A stretch of DNA of 62,991 nt, filler included, from Licmophora abbreviata (taxonomy: Eukaryota), in the NCBI GenBank assembly GCA_900291995.1. It is 17 parts of 17 records of this genome, joined end to end, with 100 filler letters (N's around TTAATTAATTAA, not from the genome) between each part and the next. Parts side by side here need not be neighbours in the genome. Positions count along the whole stretch, not along the records: positions 26,187 to 33,042 come from OLMU01001054.1; positions 33,143 to 35,554 come from OLMU01001055.1; positions 35,655 to 41,897 come from OLMU01001056.1; 14 more parts are not named here. One strand, 5' to 3'. This document shows, piece after piece, positions 29,737 through 41,275 of the stretch. Position 1 is the stretch's first letter; each line of letters starts with the position of its first letter. Position numbers and translations under genes: made by a program. The notes under the pieces are model-generated. The model was not told the origin of the DNA. It did not search any database and worked only from the letters and a program-made list of their open reading frames with translations.

Positions 29737-32109
29737 TCAAGCAACCGAAAGCCGTTCCACCTCTTTGATCAGCGATATCCAGGACCCGCTGTCATAGCGC
29801 CACGCGATCTGGCCCTGATCGTCCATTGCACTCAGCGCAAGCCAGCCATTGTCGAACAGGGCTCTGACATCGGGGTTACGGTCCAGCACAGCGGAAATCG
29901 CCTCGGTCGGGGCTTCCAGTACCACGTGAAGCCGCAAGGGTTCGTGCCGCAAACTGTCCCCATCATGCACGGACTGCCACGGCAGACCGGCGCGCAGCAG
30001 GCCGCCATTACCTTCGACCACACCGATACCGCCGGTGACATTATGGATCAGCTTGTTGCCGGCCCCAAAGGCCTCGGGTGCGACCGATGAACCGTAATAC
30101 TGAAGCGAAATCCAGCTGGCCACGACCACAGGCGCGGTCAGGATCAGTTCCAGCGTGCCAAACCCCTTGTCCGCATGCCAATCGTAACTGTGCAGGAAGC
30201 TGCGCCCCCCAAGGTCCCGCCCGACACTGCGATGCCGCGGTGCCGCGATGAACGCGCTACATCCGGCAAGCCCCCATTCGGGGCGCAGATCCGACCAGTC
30301 GCCGCCCCGCAGCGCAAGTTGCTCGGCATCATTCGCCCGGGGAAGAACCACGGAGCGTTCCAGCCGCGCAAGCGCGCCGGCCTTGGCCAGAACCGCCTTG
30401 AGGTGCTCGATATCCTTGCCATGCTGTGGCATGGCCCGGTCATGAAACAAGGTGACATGATCGGACACAGTATCATGCAGACCGGCCACAAAGACGGTAT
30501 CCTCGGGGATCTCGATCCCCTTGCTGACCAGACCACCGCGCACGACCGGGTCATTCAACAGCGCAGCCAGAAGCCGTGCGTTCACATCGCCTGCATGTCC
30601 TCCGCAAGCGCCGCATTGCAGGGCGCTGGCATGTGGTGCGTTGGTGACCGACGAGCCGTGCCCGGCAATCAAAACCACACGTGCAAAACCTTCGGTCAAC
30701 GACATCGCCCTTAGCACCTGTTCTCCTGCGCCGATCCGAGCCTCGTCAGGCAGATCCACACTCGGTGCGTGGCCATAGCTGACCGCCTTCGCATGCGAGC
30801 GGGAGTCCTTGACGAGCTTGGCCACGTAGAGCGGGCCGGCCGCTTCGACGAAGGCAAAAGCCGACACCGCCGCCATCTTGAAGCGGCCCCAGGCGCGCAC
30901 CGCCCGGCGATGAAGCCTTTCTGCCCAATCCGCATCAGGATCACCCGAAGACACAGACTCCAAACCGGGATTCAGAAGAACAGGCGCCCGCATTTCGACG
31001 ATGTCCGAAGCCTTTGCCCGATGCGCCACGGGCAACCCGAAGAACCCTGCGAAACCGATGGTCTCGACCTCTGGATCGGACTGCTCAAACGCACGCCGGA
31101 ACACCTCGGAGCGGACATCGATACAGAAGGCGGCCTGAATTGCGGGCCGTTCTTCGGTCGCGTCAGGGCTTGGGGTTGCACTGAGTGTCGCGGCAAGCGC
31201 CTCTTCTGACGCCCTGTCGGTGGCATCTTGAAGGGCAGCGTCAAGGATGTGATCTTTGCTCGGCGTCAAGTCTTCGGCATAAGCGGAAAGGGCTTCGTGC
31301 CATTCGGCCTTGACCTTGCCGCCATGGACCTCGTGCAAGGCCGCGTCCCAGACCAGCCGCACCGCCAGCAGATCAAAGCAATTGTCATTGCGTGTGCCAT
31401 CCCGCTCCGCAAGCCACCCTTTGCTGCGGGCAAGCTGCGCCCAACCACCCAGAGTCATCAGCAGCCGATGGAAATAGAGCGGTGCGGATTGTGGCGCGAG
31501 GTCCAGTTTTTCGCACGCCATAGCAAGCGCCATCCGCGGATCATCCGGCATGGCAGCCACATGCGCCGCAAACCCCTGCAGCCCGGCGATACCCGTGCTC
31601 AGATCGCGACTGGCAAACGCGCGCCATGATGCGAACACCCCGCCCTTGGGTGCGGGCCAAAGCGCCTGACCTTCATCGAAGTGCACCGCCGCCCAAAGGC
31701 TGATCCTGTCCGCAACGAAACCGGGCCATTCAATGCCTGTCTCTTGCGCGACAAGATCCGCAACCGTGGGAAGCGCGGTTTCGATCGGTGTGGGTCGCTT
31801 GGCGGCGTCCCGCAGATCGGCCACCGTCACGCCCGCGCTCAATGCCGCAGCCGCAAGATGACCCTCCTTGATCCGGCCGTCTGAGATACGCGCGGCATAG
31901 TCGCTGCGGTCGGGAAAAATGCGGATCCCGGCCGTTTTCGATAGCCGCGCGGCTGTCAGGGCCCGCGAATCGTGTAGCTGTCCGAGGAATGGGTTCACTG
32001 CGACAGTAGCATCCAGCGGAAAGGCTGGAGGAATTTGACCGATTGCGCCTTTTGCGGCGTTGAATAGCTCAAGCGTGGCACCCGGAAAGTTGAGATACTG
32101 AAACGTCAT
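29737..32109 (-). CDS. dabA: DabA / DUF2309 (UPF0753) beta-carbonic-anhydrase-like subunit of an inorganic carbon pump
   Basis: AVNPFLG, FCIDVRSE, GHGS, CGACGG, RPEWGLA, HEPLRL; 790 aa. Confidence 0.92.
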   Translation of the reverse strand: MTFQYLNFPGATLELFNAAKGAIGQIPPAFPLDATVAVNPFLGQLHDSRALTAARLSKTAGIRIFPDRSDYAARISDGRIKEGHLAAAALSAGVTVADLRDAAKRPTPIETALPTVADLVAQETGIEWPGFVADRISLWAAVHFDEGQALWPAPKGGVFASWRAFASRDLSTGIAGLQGFAAHVAAMPDDPRMALAMACEKLDLAPQSAPLYFHRLLMTLGGWAQLARSKGWLAERDGTRNDNCFDLLAVRLVWDAALHEVHGGKVKAEWHEALSAYAEDLTPSKDHILDAALQDATDRASEEALAATLSATPSPDATEERPAIQAAFCIDVRSEVFRRAFEQSDPEVETIGFAGFFGLPVAHRAKASDIVEMRAPVLLNPGLESVSSGDPDADWAERLHRRAVRAWGRFKMAAVSAFAFVEAAGPLYVAKLVKDSRSHAKAVSYGHAPSVDLPDEARIGAGEQVLRAMSLTEGFARVVLIAGHGSSVTNAPHASALQCGACGGHAGDVNARLLAALLNDPVVRGGLVSKGIEIPEDTVFVAGLHDTVSDHVTLFHDRAMPQHGKDIEHLKAVLAKAGALARLERSVVLPRANDAEQLALRGGDWSDLRPEWGLAGCSAFIAAPRHRSVGRDLGGRSFLHSYDWHADKGFGTLELILTAPVVVASWISLQYYGSSVAPEAFGAGNKLIHNVTGGIGVVEGNGGLLRAGLPWQSVHDGDSLRHEPLRLHVVLEAPTEAISAVLDRNPDVRALFDNGWLALSAMDDQGQIAWRYDSGSWISLIKEVERLSVA

Positions 32110-32112
32110 GGT

Positions 32113-33707
32113 TTATCCTTTCTTCGGAGCCCAACGCCCGGTCATCCGGTCGCTGAGTGCATTGAGATAAAGACCGTTCATCAGGTGCACCCGCATACCC
32201 GTCGCGGCGGGATGTCCTGCCCAAAGCGGGAAGGTGGCCTGTGCGATGGCCGCCACGCCAAAGCTTGCAACCGCGAGAACGATCACTGCCCAGATCAGAC
32301 CGTCAGGCACCGGCGGCGGTGGCAGCGTTCCTGCAGACAGGGCCGTGGAGCCGGCCTGAAAGCCGAAATAGGCCAGTGTCGCAAAGCCCGACATCACGGC
32401 TGTGCGCCAGGTCAGTGCCCGAGGTGCCGCATCCGCAAGACCCTGCGCAATCAGATATGCCACGCCGAAGATGAGGATCGCACCAAGCGCAATGGCTTGT
32501 GGCGATTTTTCCCACATCACGAACCCTGCCCCGATACATAGGAAGATCGCCAGCGAGATCGCGAAAGCCTTGGTCACGGCCTTGAGCCCGGGAACAGCGA
32601 CCGGGCCGGGCCTGCGGATCGACGCGACCTGCTCGACAGCACCTCCGGACGCGAGGAAGGCATGGGCCTTGTAAAGCGAATGCGCCACGATATGCAGCAG
32701 CGCCAGCGGGAACAGGGCAAGGCCGATCTGCAACACCATGAACCCCATCTGCGCGCAGGTGGACCATGCCAGCGCCGTCTTGACCGAGGGCTGCGTCAGG
32801 GCGACCGCAGCACCGACCAAGGCGCTGAAGCCACCAATCAAGGCCAGAAGCGCCAGAACGCCCGGAGCCGTCAGCAGGACATCAGCAAAGCGGATCAAGA
32901 GAAAGCCGCCTGCATTGACGACACCGGCATGAAGCAGCGCCGATACCGGCGTGGGGGCTTCCATGACTTCGGTAAGCCAACCATGTGTCGGGATCAGCGC
33001 GGATTTGAACACAGCCGCAACCGACAACAGCGCCGCCGCCAGNNNNNNNNNNNNNNNNNNNNNNNNNNNNNNNNNNNNNNNNNNNNTTAATTAATTAANN
33101 NNNNNNNNNNNNNNNNNNNNNNNNNNNNNNNNNNNNNNNNNNCGGCGGTGCCAAACCCTTGGATCAATATGCCTGCCGCGGCCAGCAGAGCGCCGCTGCC
33201 GATAAGACCGCAGACCGTTTTCTTCCGCGCGGCGCGCTGCGCCTGTTTCCGGTCGGGATAGAACAGCAGCAGCCGGTGCAGGCCCACGCCAACGGCCACC
33301 CATGCAACAACCAGTTGGACAAGATTCCCCGAGGTCACCAGCAGCAGAACGCAGGCCAGGGTGACGGACATGCCGATCATGAAGCGCCCGTGCCGGGCCT
33401 CGCCGTCAAGAGCCGTGCGCGAGAACCGAAGCACCACCCAGCCGACAAATGCAACGGTCAGCGCCATACTGACGCTCACGATATCCGTGCGCACTGAAAG
33501 CCCGGCGCCGCCGACCCCTATGACAGGGCTTGTGCCCGGGCCATTTGCCCAAAGCATGAAGCCTGTCGCCACGCCAACACCAACCGCGACCAGCGCCGCC
33601 CACTCGGGCAGGCGCAGGGACCAATGCGCACGCGGAGCGGGCCTGAGATACTGTGCGAGTGCGGCCATCAAAAGGACGAGCGGGGCAACAAAGGGAAGCA
33701 GCGACAT
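32113..33707 (-). CDS. dabB: DabB, NuoL/ND5-like proton-translocating membrane subunit, split by gap
   Basis: KSALIPTHGWL.EVMEAPTPVSALLHAG, STCAQMGFM, AHSLYKAHAFL; directly upstream of dabA. Confidence 0.9.
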
Positions 33708-33783
33708 GAGAAACCTCCGAAATGATTTCAGCCGGTTTAGCTGCGTTGCGGCATAACTAAAAATACATTGTAAAGCTAATATC

Positions 33784-33800
33784 GTTCTATAAAATGGAAC
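33784..33800. promoter_or_regulatory. Inverted repeat, probable LysR binding site in the dab/lysR divergent promoter
   Basis: GTTC-TATAAAATG-GAAC in an AT-rich intergenic region. Confidence 0.5.
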
Positions 33801-33801
33801 T

Positions 33802-34665
33802 ATGGCGGATTTGAATTATCATCACCTGAGGTATTTCCGGGCCGTGGCGCATGACGGCAACCTGACCCGTACCGCCGAACGCCTGAACCTGTCGCAATCC
33901 GCGCTGTCGACCCAGATCAAGCAGCTCGAAGCGCGTATGGGGCACAAGCTGTTTGAGCGGCAAGGGCGGGGGCTGGCCCTCACCGAAGCGGGGCGGATCG
34001 CGCTGGATCATGCCGACAGGATTTTCACTGCGGGTGATGAGCTTATGGCCACCCTCAACCGCACCGGCGCCGCGCGCCAGCCCATCCGGATCGGCGCCCT
34101 TTCGACACTTTCCAGAAACTTCCAGCTTGAATTTCTACGCCCCATCATAGGGCGGGATGATCTTGATATCATTCTGCGATCCGGTGGCGCGACGGTCCTT
34201 CTCGAGGCGCTGCAATCGCTGACTTTGGATGTTGTGCTGACCACGGAACCGCCGGGGCGCGACGCTTTTTCCGGATTCACTTCGCACCGAATTTCCGAAC
34301 AACGCGTGGGGGTCTACGGAACGGCCCGACGGATGCACCATACGACTTTGGGATCGCTTTTGGCGTCCGAGCCGGTGATCCTTCCCACGGAAAGTTCGAT
34401 CAGGACCGGGTTTGACAGCCTGACCGCGCGTTTGGGTGTGACGGCGCAAATCGCCGCCGAGGTGGATGACATGGCTATGGTCCGCCTTCTGGCCCGCGAG
34501 GATGCGGGCCTTGCCATCACCCCTGCGGTGGTTTTGGCCGATGAGATCGCCAACGGTCTGCTGCAAGCCGCCCCGTTCGATCTGGATATCGTCGAAAGCT
34601 TCTATGCGGTGACGGTCAATCGTAGCTTTCCCAACCCGGTGGTGAAAGACCTGATCGGGCGCTGA
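33802..34665 (+). CDS. LysR family regulator (NhaR-like), divergent from dabBA
   Basis: LNYHHLRYF..GNLTRTAERLNLSQSALSTQIKQLE. Confidence 0.92.
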   Translation: MADLNYHHLRYFRAVAHDGNLTRTAERLNLSQSALSTQIKQLEARMGHKLFERQGRGLALTEAGRIALDHADRIFTAGDELMATLNRTGAARQPIRIGALSTLSRNFQLEFLRPIIGRDDLDIILRSGGATVLLEALQSLTLDVVLTTEPPGRDAFSGFTSHRISEQRVGVYGTARRMHHTTLGSLLASEPVILPTESSIRTGFDSLTARLGVTAQIAAEVDDMAMVRLLAREDAGLAITPAVVLADEIANGLLQAAPFDLDIVESFYAVTVNRSFPNPVVKDLIGR

Positions 34666-34671
34666 CGTGCG

Positions 34672-35690
34672 TCAGGGGATCACCACGATATTGCCGACAT
34701 GGCGCTTTTCCTCGAACGCGGCCTGGGCCTTGACCAGATCGCGCAGCGCATAGGTTTCGGCCAGAAGCGGTTTGATCTCACCGCGTTCGATATATGTGAC
34801 CACATCTGCAAAAATATTGGCCGGTATGACAGTCGATCCAAGAAGCGTCAGATCCCGGAGATAGACCTGTCGCAAGTCCAAAGTCACCTCCGGCCCGCCG
34901 ATCGCCCCCGAGCAGACATAGCGCCCACCGCGTTCCAGAACGCCGATCAACTGGGGCCACAGGGAACCGGCGACCATATCGGCGATAACCGTCACGGCTT
35001 CGTTCCCAAGCGTCAAGCGCAGGTCGTCGGGCGCGCGGGGCAGGATCAGGTCGGGCTCCAGCACGCTGAGCTCCGCGTGTTTTTCTTCGGATGCGAGCGC
35101 GATCACACGCGCTCCGCGTCTTTTGCCCAACTGCACCAAAGCGCTGCCAACCCCGCCCGAGGCACCCGGCACCAGCACCGTATCCCCTGCGCCGACATCA
35201 GCCCGCGCCAACATGGCCTCGGCGGTGGTGTAGCTGCACTGGAACGTGGCCAGTTCCGCGTCGCTCAGCGGGCTGTCCACGATCATCATGTTGCGTGGAT
35301 CGACCCGTGCATACTCGGCGAACCCGCCATCACATTCGCTGCCGAAATACAGTGCGCGATTCATGTCCTCGGGCGCTTTCCAATCGCGTTGCCAACCATC
35401 GATCATGACCCTTTTGCCGATGAGGCTGGGGTCTGTCCTGTCGCCGACCGCTGCGATTGTGCCGACGGCATCAGCCCCTTGGATCAAAGGGAACCGGACC
35501 GGGCGGCCCGACCAGCCGGTCTTTCCATACCACCCGGTGCGGGTATTCACATCGNNNNNNNNNNNNNNNNNNNNNNNNNNNNNNNNNNNNNNNNNNNNTT
35601 AATTAATTAANNNNNNNNNNNNNNNNNNNNNNNNNNNNNNNNNNNNNNNNNNNNAAGGACCATGGCTTTCATCGTCACTGGCAGAAGCAT
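34672..35690 (-). CDS. MDR-superfamily oxidoreductase (quinone reductase/alcohol dehydrogenase-like), split by gap
   Basis: MKAMVL, IQGADAVG, GGFAEY, VLVPGASGGVG. Confidence 0.85.
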
Positions 35691-35843
35691 CCCGCGATAT
35701 TCCCTTGTCTTCGTGTCATGTCGTCGCTTGTCCACGATCAACAGCCATGCTGCGAAGTATAGGGAACCGAGAGCGCCTGAAAACAGGGGCTTGCGCCAAA
35801 TCGGCGCCAAACTGCGTCAGACCGGGCCGTAAGGCCCGGACTG

Positions 35844-37157
35844 TCAGTTGATCGACGAGGTCACACCAGCCGGTTGGCCCACAACCACAAAGGTCAGGCG
35901 CGACGGGTCCAGAAGCTCTTGGGCGACCCGGTTCACATCTTCCAGCGTGACCGCGTTCACCATGTCGTTCCGGTTGGCGATGTAATCCGTGGACAGGCCC
36001 TGCATCTGCATGTTCACGGCAATCCGCGCTATCGGGGCATTGCCGTCGAACCGCAAAGGATAGGCGCCTGTCAGGAAGGTTTTCGCGTTTTCCAATTCTT
36101 CGGCGGTTACCCCGGTATCGCGCATCCGTGCCCATTCCGAACGGATCACGTCGATCGTCTCGGCGATCCGATCATTGGCGGATGCAACGCCCCCCATCCA
36201 CAACTCGGCGCTATCGCGGTCCATGAGGTAGGATGAGATCCCATACGTCAGCCCGCGTTTCTCGCGCACTTCATGCATCAACCGGCTTTCAAACGAGCCT
36301 CCACCAAGAATGTGGTTGAGCACGAAAGCGGGAAAGAAATCGGGATGTTCCTGATCTATGCCGGGTTGCGCAAAAACGGCGACCGCTTGAGGCGTCTCGA
36401 ATTCGACAACCTGAATGCCGCCGGGCAGGTTGAGGTCGGCAACTCCCGGCAACGGCGCGCCTTCGGCTGGCAGATCGAGAAGCAGACCGTCGAGCAAGGC
36501 AACAAGCTCGTCGCGGGTGATGTCACCAACCGCGCTGACGTAAAGCCGGTCGCGGGTCATGGATGCCTGATGGGCGGCAACGATATCCTCGCGGGTCAGG
36601 CTGGCCACGCTTTCCAACGTTCCTGAAAGCGAACTTCCATAGGGATGGTCGCCGAAAACAAGCGCATCGAATGCCGTGCTGGCAATGTCCTGCGGGTCTT
36701 TTTCGCTCGACCTGATGCCGGAATTCACCTGCTCGCGGACACGGTCGATGGCGTCCTGATCGAACCGCGGATCGACAAGGCTCTTGCGTAGGAGGGCAAC
36801 GGCCTGCTCGCGGTTTTCGGTCAGAAATCGCGCCGAAACGCTCAAGGTGTCGTCCGAAATGTCATACCTGAAGGACGCGGCAAGCGCCTCGGTCGCGCGG
36901 GCAAAGGCGCGGGAGTCCATGTCTCCTGCGCCTTCCTCGAGAAGACCGACCATGAGATTGGTGACGCCGCGCTTGCCTTCGGGGTCCAGTGATGCGCCGC
37001 CTCGGAACCGCAATTCAAGCGCGACAAAGGGAATGGAATGATCCTCGACCAACCAGGCGTCGATGCCGCCCGGAGTCGTCACTTCCTCGATCTCGATGGT
37101 CGCCCATGCGGGCATAGCCACGAAAAAAGCGGCGAAGGCAAAAACAAAACGCATCAT
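35844..37157 (-). CDS. M16 peptidase, non-catalytic subunit
   Basis: Signal peptide; SRLMHEVREKRGLTY; no HxxEH motif. Confidence 0.88.
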   Translation of the reverse strand: MMRFVFAFAAFFVAMPAWATIEIEEVTTPGGIDAWLVEDHSIPFVALELRFRGGASLDPEGKRGVTNLMVGLLEEGAGDMDSRAFARATEALAASFRYDISDDTLSVSARFLTENREQAVALLRKSLVDPRFDQDAIDRVREQVNSGIRSSEKDPQDIASTAFDALVFGDHPYGSSLSGTLESVASLTREDIVAAHQASMTRDRLYVSAVGDITRDELVALLDGLLLDLPAEGAPLPGVADLNLPGGIQVVEFETPQAVAVFAQPGIDQEHPDFFPAFVLNHILGGGSFESRLMHEVREKRGLTYGISSYLMDRDSAELWMGGVASANDRIAETIDVIRSEWARMRDTGVTAEELENAKTFLTGAYPLRFDGNAPIARIAVNMQMQGLSTDYIANRNDMVNAVTLEDVNRVAQELLDPSRLTFVVVGQPAGVTSSIN

Positions 37158-38485
37158 TGGGTCACCTCGGGTGCTTTCAGCCATCCGGTTACCGACTTGT
37201 CGCGGTCGAACACCTCGCGTGCGGCCTCGACGATCTGCTCGGGCGTCACGGCCTGCAGGATATCCGGCCAAGCCTGGACATCCTCGACGGTCAGTCCTTG
37301 GGTCAGTGCGCGACCATAGCGATTGGCCAGCTGGCCCACGTCGTCACGTGCGTAGATCTGCGAGGCGCGGACCTGCATCTTGATCCGTTCCAGCTGTTCG
37401 GGATCGACACCGGTTTCGAGGAAGCTGACGATCACTTCGTCCATCGCATCCTCGGCCTGCTGCAAGGTCACACCCGGGGCCGGGACCACGACCATTGTGA
37501 AGGTCGTGTCATCCAATGACGTGCCCCAGTAATATGCCGCTGTATTGACCGCCCGCTGCGTTTCGAACTGCAGCTTTTCTGCCATCAGCGACGTCGTTCC
37601 GCCCCCGAGGATTTCTGCAAGAAGCGTGAGCGCCGCCGCTTTTTCCTGCTCACCGCTGTCGCGTTCGGGCGCAAGATAGGATCGGGTGACATAGGGCTGC
37701 GCCACGCGCGGATCTTCGAAGATCATCCTGCGCTCGGCCATTTGCCTTGGTTCCTGCGGGCGGCTTCGCTCGGGGAGGTCGGGATTTGCCGGGATCTTGC
37801 CGTAATGCGTTTCGGCGAGCGCGCGCACCTCGTCGGGCTGCACGTCGCCGGCGACGATGAGGACGGCATTGTTCGGCGCGTAATTGGTCTTGTAGAAGTC
37901 CAGAGCATCCTCCATCCCGAGATTGGACATCTCATGCTGCCATCCGATGATCGGATCGCCATAGGGATGGTTGAGATATTGCAACGCGCTTTTCTGCTCG
38001 CGGAACAGACTGGCGGGATTGTTTTCGACCCTCTGGTTGCGCTCTTCGATGATGACGTTCAATTCTGTCGCGATATCTTCTTCGGTCAGACGCAGGTTGA
38101 CCATGCGATCACTTTCCATCTGCATCATCAGCCCAAGCCGATCAGAGGCGACGCGCTGAAAATACGCGGTGTAATCATAGCTGGTGAACGCGTTATCAGA
38201 GCCGCCGTTCTTTGCCACAGTCGCCGAAAACTCGCCCGGCTCCAGCGTATCCGTGCCTTTGAAAAGCAGGTGTTCGAGATAATGCGCGATTCCCGATGAT
38301 CCGGGCGGCTCATCCGATGAGCCGGCACGATACCAGACCATATGCACGACGACCGGCGCGCGATGGTCTTCGATCACAACCACATCCATGCCGTTATCCA
38401 GCGTGAAGGAAGTGACCTGATCGGCGGCTACCACCGGGAGTGCGGTCGCAACCATAAGGCTCAAACTGGCAATCAACTGGCGCAT
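37154..38485 (-). CDS. M16 zinc peptidase, catalytic subunit
   Basis: GIAHYLEHLLFKGT (HxxEH), NAFTSYDYTAY. Confidence 0.92.
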   Translation of the reverse strand: MRQLIASLSLMVATALPVVAADQVTSFTLDNGMDVVVIEDHRAPVVVHMVWYRAGSSDEPPGSSGIAHYLEHLLFKGTDTLEPGEFSATVAKNGGSDNAFTSYDYTAYFQRVASDRLGLMMQMESDRMVNLRLTEEDIATELNVIIEERNQRVENNPASLFREQKSALQYLNHPYGDPIIGWQHEMSNLGMEDALDFYKTNYAPNNAVLIVAGDVQPDEVRALAETHYGKIPANPDLPERSRPQEPRQMAERRMIFEDPRVAQPYVTRSYLAPERDSGEQEKAAALTLLAEILGGGTTSLMAEKLQFETQRAVNTAAYYWGTSLDDTTFTMVVVPAPGVTLQQAEDAMDEVIVSFLETGVDPEQLERIKMQVRASQIYARDDVGQLANRYGRALTQGLTVEDVQAWPDILQAVTPEQIVEAAREVFDRDKSVTGWLKAPEVTQ

Positions 38486-38576
38486 CGAGCGTCTCCGTTT
38501 CCCTGCAGGTGTCGCGCAGTAGATACGGTGCCGCGACGGCGAATCAAGCGTCTTGACGCGGATGTGAGCGGCTGCG

Positions 38577-39104
38577 TCAGTCCTCTTTCGGCGGCGCGCT
38601 CGGTGTATCTATGCCGCTGCGGCGTAGGCGTTCTTCTTCGGCGTGGGAATCCAGCCACTGATCCTTGTAGGCGTCGGCATAATTGTCTCGGGGGCCGATG
38701 CGCAGAATGTTGACGCGCCCATAGCTGCGCCGGATATCGGCATCTTCCGCCGCCAGTGCTTCACGAATGGCAGGTTGTGTCCCGTTGCGCGAGGCATAGC
38801 GCAGCAATCCGGCATCCGACGCTGCAGGCGTGGTGACAGCCAATGCAGCCGGGTTTCCGCCAAGTGCGGCCACGCCGTCAGCCTTGGGATCCTGATCGGT
38901 CAGGTTCCGCGTGCCCGGTGTGGGCGCAGGCAGCGCCGTGTAGCTTTCGGGTGTCTGAAGGGGTTTCGAGGGCAAGATCGAAAACTCGTCAGGCCCGTCC
39001 CCGGTATTCGTGATCCGGGTCAGCGTCACATCTTCGCCGCGGTTGCCGCAGGCGGTCAACAGACCCAGTGTGACGATCATTACAGTGCAGCGCGGCAAGA
39101 TCAT
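38577..39104 (-). CDS. DUF3035-like lipoprotein
   Basis: Lipobox LTAC; GPDEFSILPSKPL..LPAPTPG; sits between lspA and the M16 pair. Confidence 0.75.
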   Translation of the reverse strand: MILPRCTVMIVTLGLLTACGNRGEDVTLTRITNTGDGPDEFSILPSKPLQTPESYTALPAPTPGTRNLTDQDPKADGVAALGGNPAALAVTTPAASDAGLLRYASRNGTQPAIREALAAEDADIRRSYGRVNILRIGPRDNYADAYKDQWLDSHAEEERLRRSGIDTPSAPPKED

Positions 39105-39156
39105 TGCCAGTCTCCTTGGATGTCGCCGACAGATGTATCGTATCCTGAGCCCGAGG

Positions 39157-39630
39157 TCACGAGGCGTTTTTCTCGGACGGCGTGAACAGCACCAGCCCGA
39201 TCGCACCGGCAAAAACCGAAATGTCGGCGACATTGAACGCATAGGGATTATTAAGCCCGCAGCAGGACATGTTCAGGAAATCGGCAACCGCACCATAGAT
39301 GATCCTGTCGATCACATTTCCGATCGCGCCGCCCACGAGCAGGCCGGCCGAAATCGCCTGCCAGCGACCACCGGGCTCCCGATAGACCCACCACAGGACC
39401 CCGCCGGAAATGAACAGCGCCACAAGGATCAGCGCCCAACGGGTTGTCGGACTGTCCTGCGACAGCAGACCGAAATTGATCCCGTAATTCCACGCCATGC
39501 GCAAATTCAGATAGGGCGGAAACACGTCGATCGCACCAAGACGCGCAAGGTCGAGACCATGCACGATCCAATACTTGGTCACCTGATCCAGGATGAAGAT
39601 GAAGATCGCAACCCAGAACACCAAACGCAT
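39157..39630 (-). CDS. lspA: Lipoprotein signal peptidase II
   Basis: LDQVTK, WNYGINFG, GGAIGNVIDR, AFNVAD. Confidence 0.95.
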   Translation of the reverse strand: MRLVFWVAIFIFILDQVTKYWIVHGLDLARLGAIDVFPPYLNLRMAWNYGINFGLLSQDSPTTRWALILVALFISGGVLWWVYREPGGRWQAISAGLLVGGAIGNVIDRIIYGAVADFLNMSCCGLNNPYAFNVADISVFAGAIGLVLFTPSEKNAS

Positions 39631-39641
39631 AACCTGTCCCC

Positions 39642-41231
39642 TTAATGCCGGAAATGGCGCATGCCGGTCATGACCATGGCAAGCCCGGCCTCGTCAGCGG
39701 CGGCGATCACCTCGTCGTCCCGCATCGAGCCACCGGGCTGGATCACGGCCGTGGCGCCGGCTTCGGCGGCGGTCAGCAGGCCGTCAGCGAACGGGAAGAA
39801 CGCGTCGGAGGCCACGACGCTGCCTTGGGTCAAGGGGGCGTCGAGGCCCAGTGTCGCGGCCATGTCCTCGGCCTTGCGGGCGGCGATACGGCAACTGTCC
39901 ACACGGCTCATCTGTCCGGCGCCGACACCGACGGTGGCCCCGTCACGGACATAGACGATGGCGTTGGATTTCACATGCTTGGCGACGCGCCAGGCAAACA
40001 GCATATCGGCCATTTCGCGATCCGTCGGCGCGCGTTTGGTCACCACCTTCAGATCGCTTTCCTGCAAGCGGCCATTGTCTTTGTCCTGCACCAGATACCC
40101 ACCCGAGACCTGCCGTAGCATCAGACCCGCCTCGGAGGGATTGGCCAGACCCGGCGTCGTCAGCAGGCGCAGGTTCTTCTTGCTGGCAAAGACGTCCCGA
40201 GCCTCCTGATGGGCGCCGGGCGCGATCACCACCTCGGTGAAGATCTGGCAGATTTCCTCGGCGGTTTCACGATCCAGCGTCATGTTCAACGCGATGATCC
40301 CGCCGAAAGCCGAGGTGCGGTCGCAGTCGAAGGCGCGGGCATAGGCCTCTTTCAACGTCGCGCCACGGGCCACGCCGCAGGGATTGGCGTGTTTGATGAT
40401 CGCGCAGGCCGGACCGTCCTTGGGAAGAAACTCGCTGACCAATTCAAAGGCGGCATCGGTGTCGTTGATGTTGTTGTAGCTCAGCTCCTTGCCCTGATGC
40501 TGGGTGGCGGTGGCCACGCCGGGGCGATTGCTGCCATCCAAGTAGAAGGCAGCGCGCTGATGCGGGTTTTCGCCATAGCGCAGGGTTTGCGCCAGCTTGC
40601 CTGCCACGGCGCGACGGCGCGGCGCTTGCTCGTCCAGGGCGCCCGCCATCCAGGTGGAGACCGCCGCATCATAGGCCCCGGTGCGCGCATAGGCGGTGAG
40701 CGCAAGGCGCTGCCGGAACGCATAGCTTGTCTGCCCGTCATTGGCGGCAAGTTCGTCCAGAAGCGGTTGATAATCCTCAACATCCACGACGACATTGACG
40801 AAGGCGTGGTTCTTGGCCGCGGCACGGATCATTGCGGGACCGCCGATGTCGATATTCTCGATGCAGGTGGCATAATCGGCGCCCTTGGCTACGGTCTCTT
40901 CGAAGGGGTAGAGATTGACCACCAGCAGGTCGATGGGCCGGATGCCATGTGCGGTCATCGCGGCCATGTGCTGATCGTTGTCGCGCAGGGCCAGAAGCCC
41001 GCCATGAACGCCGGGATGCAGGGTCTTCACGCGCCCGTCCATCATCTCGGGGAAGCCGGTGACATCCGCCACATCCCGAACGGTCAGACCGGCCTCGCGC
41101 AGGGTCTTGGCGCTGCCGCCGGTGGACAAAAGCTCGACCCCCCGATCGGCAAGGGCCTGTCCCAGTTCGACCAGTCCGGTCTTGTCGGAAACGGAAAGAA
41201 GGGCTCGGCGCACGGGGGCGAGATCGGTCAT
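39642..41231 (-). CDS. purH: AICAR transformylase/IMP cyclohydrolase
   Basis: [42 protein letters not shown]. Confidence 0.98.
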   Translation of the reverse strand: MTDLAPVRRALLSVSDKTGLVELGQALADRGVELLSTGGSAKTLREAGLTVRDVADVTGFPEMMDGRVKTLHPGVHGGLLALRDNDQHMAAMTAHGIRPIDLLVVNLYPFEETVAKGADYATCIENIDIGGPAMIRAAAKNHAFVNVVVDVEDYQPLLDELAANDGQTSYAFRQRLALTAYARTGAYDAAVSTWMAGALDEQAPRRRAVAGKLAQTLRYGENPHQRAAFYLDGSNRPGVATATQHQGKELSYNNINDTDAAFELVSEFLPKDGPACAIIKHANPCGVARGATLKEAYARAFDCDRTSAFGGIIALNMTLDRETAEEICQIFTEVVIAPGAHQEARDVFASKKNLRLLTTPGLANPSEAGLMLRQVSGGYLVQDKDNGRLQESDLKVVTKRAPTDREMADMLFAWRVAKHVKSNAIVYVRDGATVGVGAGQMSRVDSCRIAARKAEDMAATLGLDAPLTQGSVVASDAFFPFADGLLTAAEAGATAVIQPGGSMRDDEVIAAADEAGLAMVMTGMRHFRH

Positions 41232-41275
41232 GGGCAGCGGATCCTCGGGTCTGTCTGTGTCAGTCTTGGGTCGGT

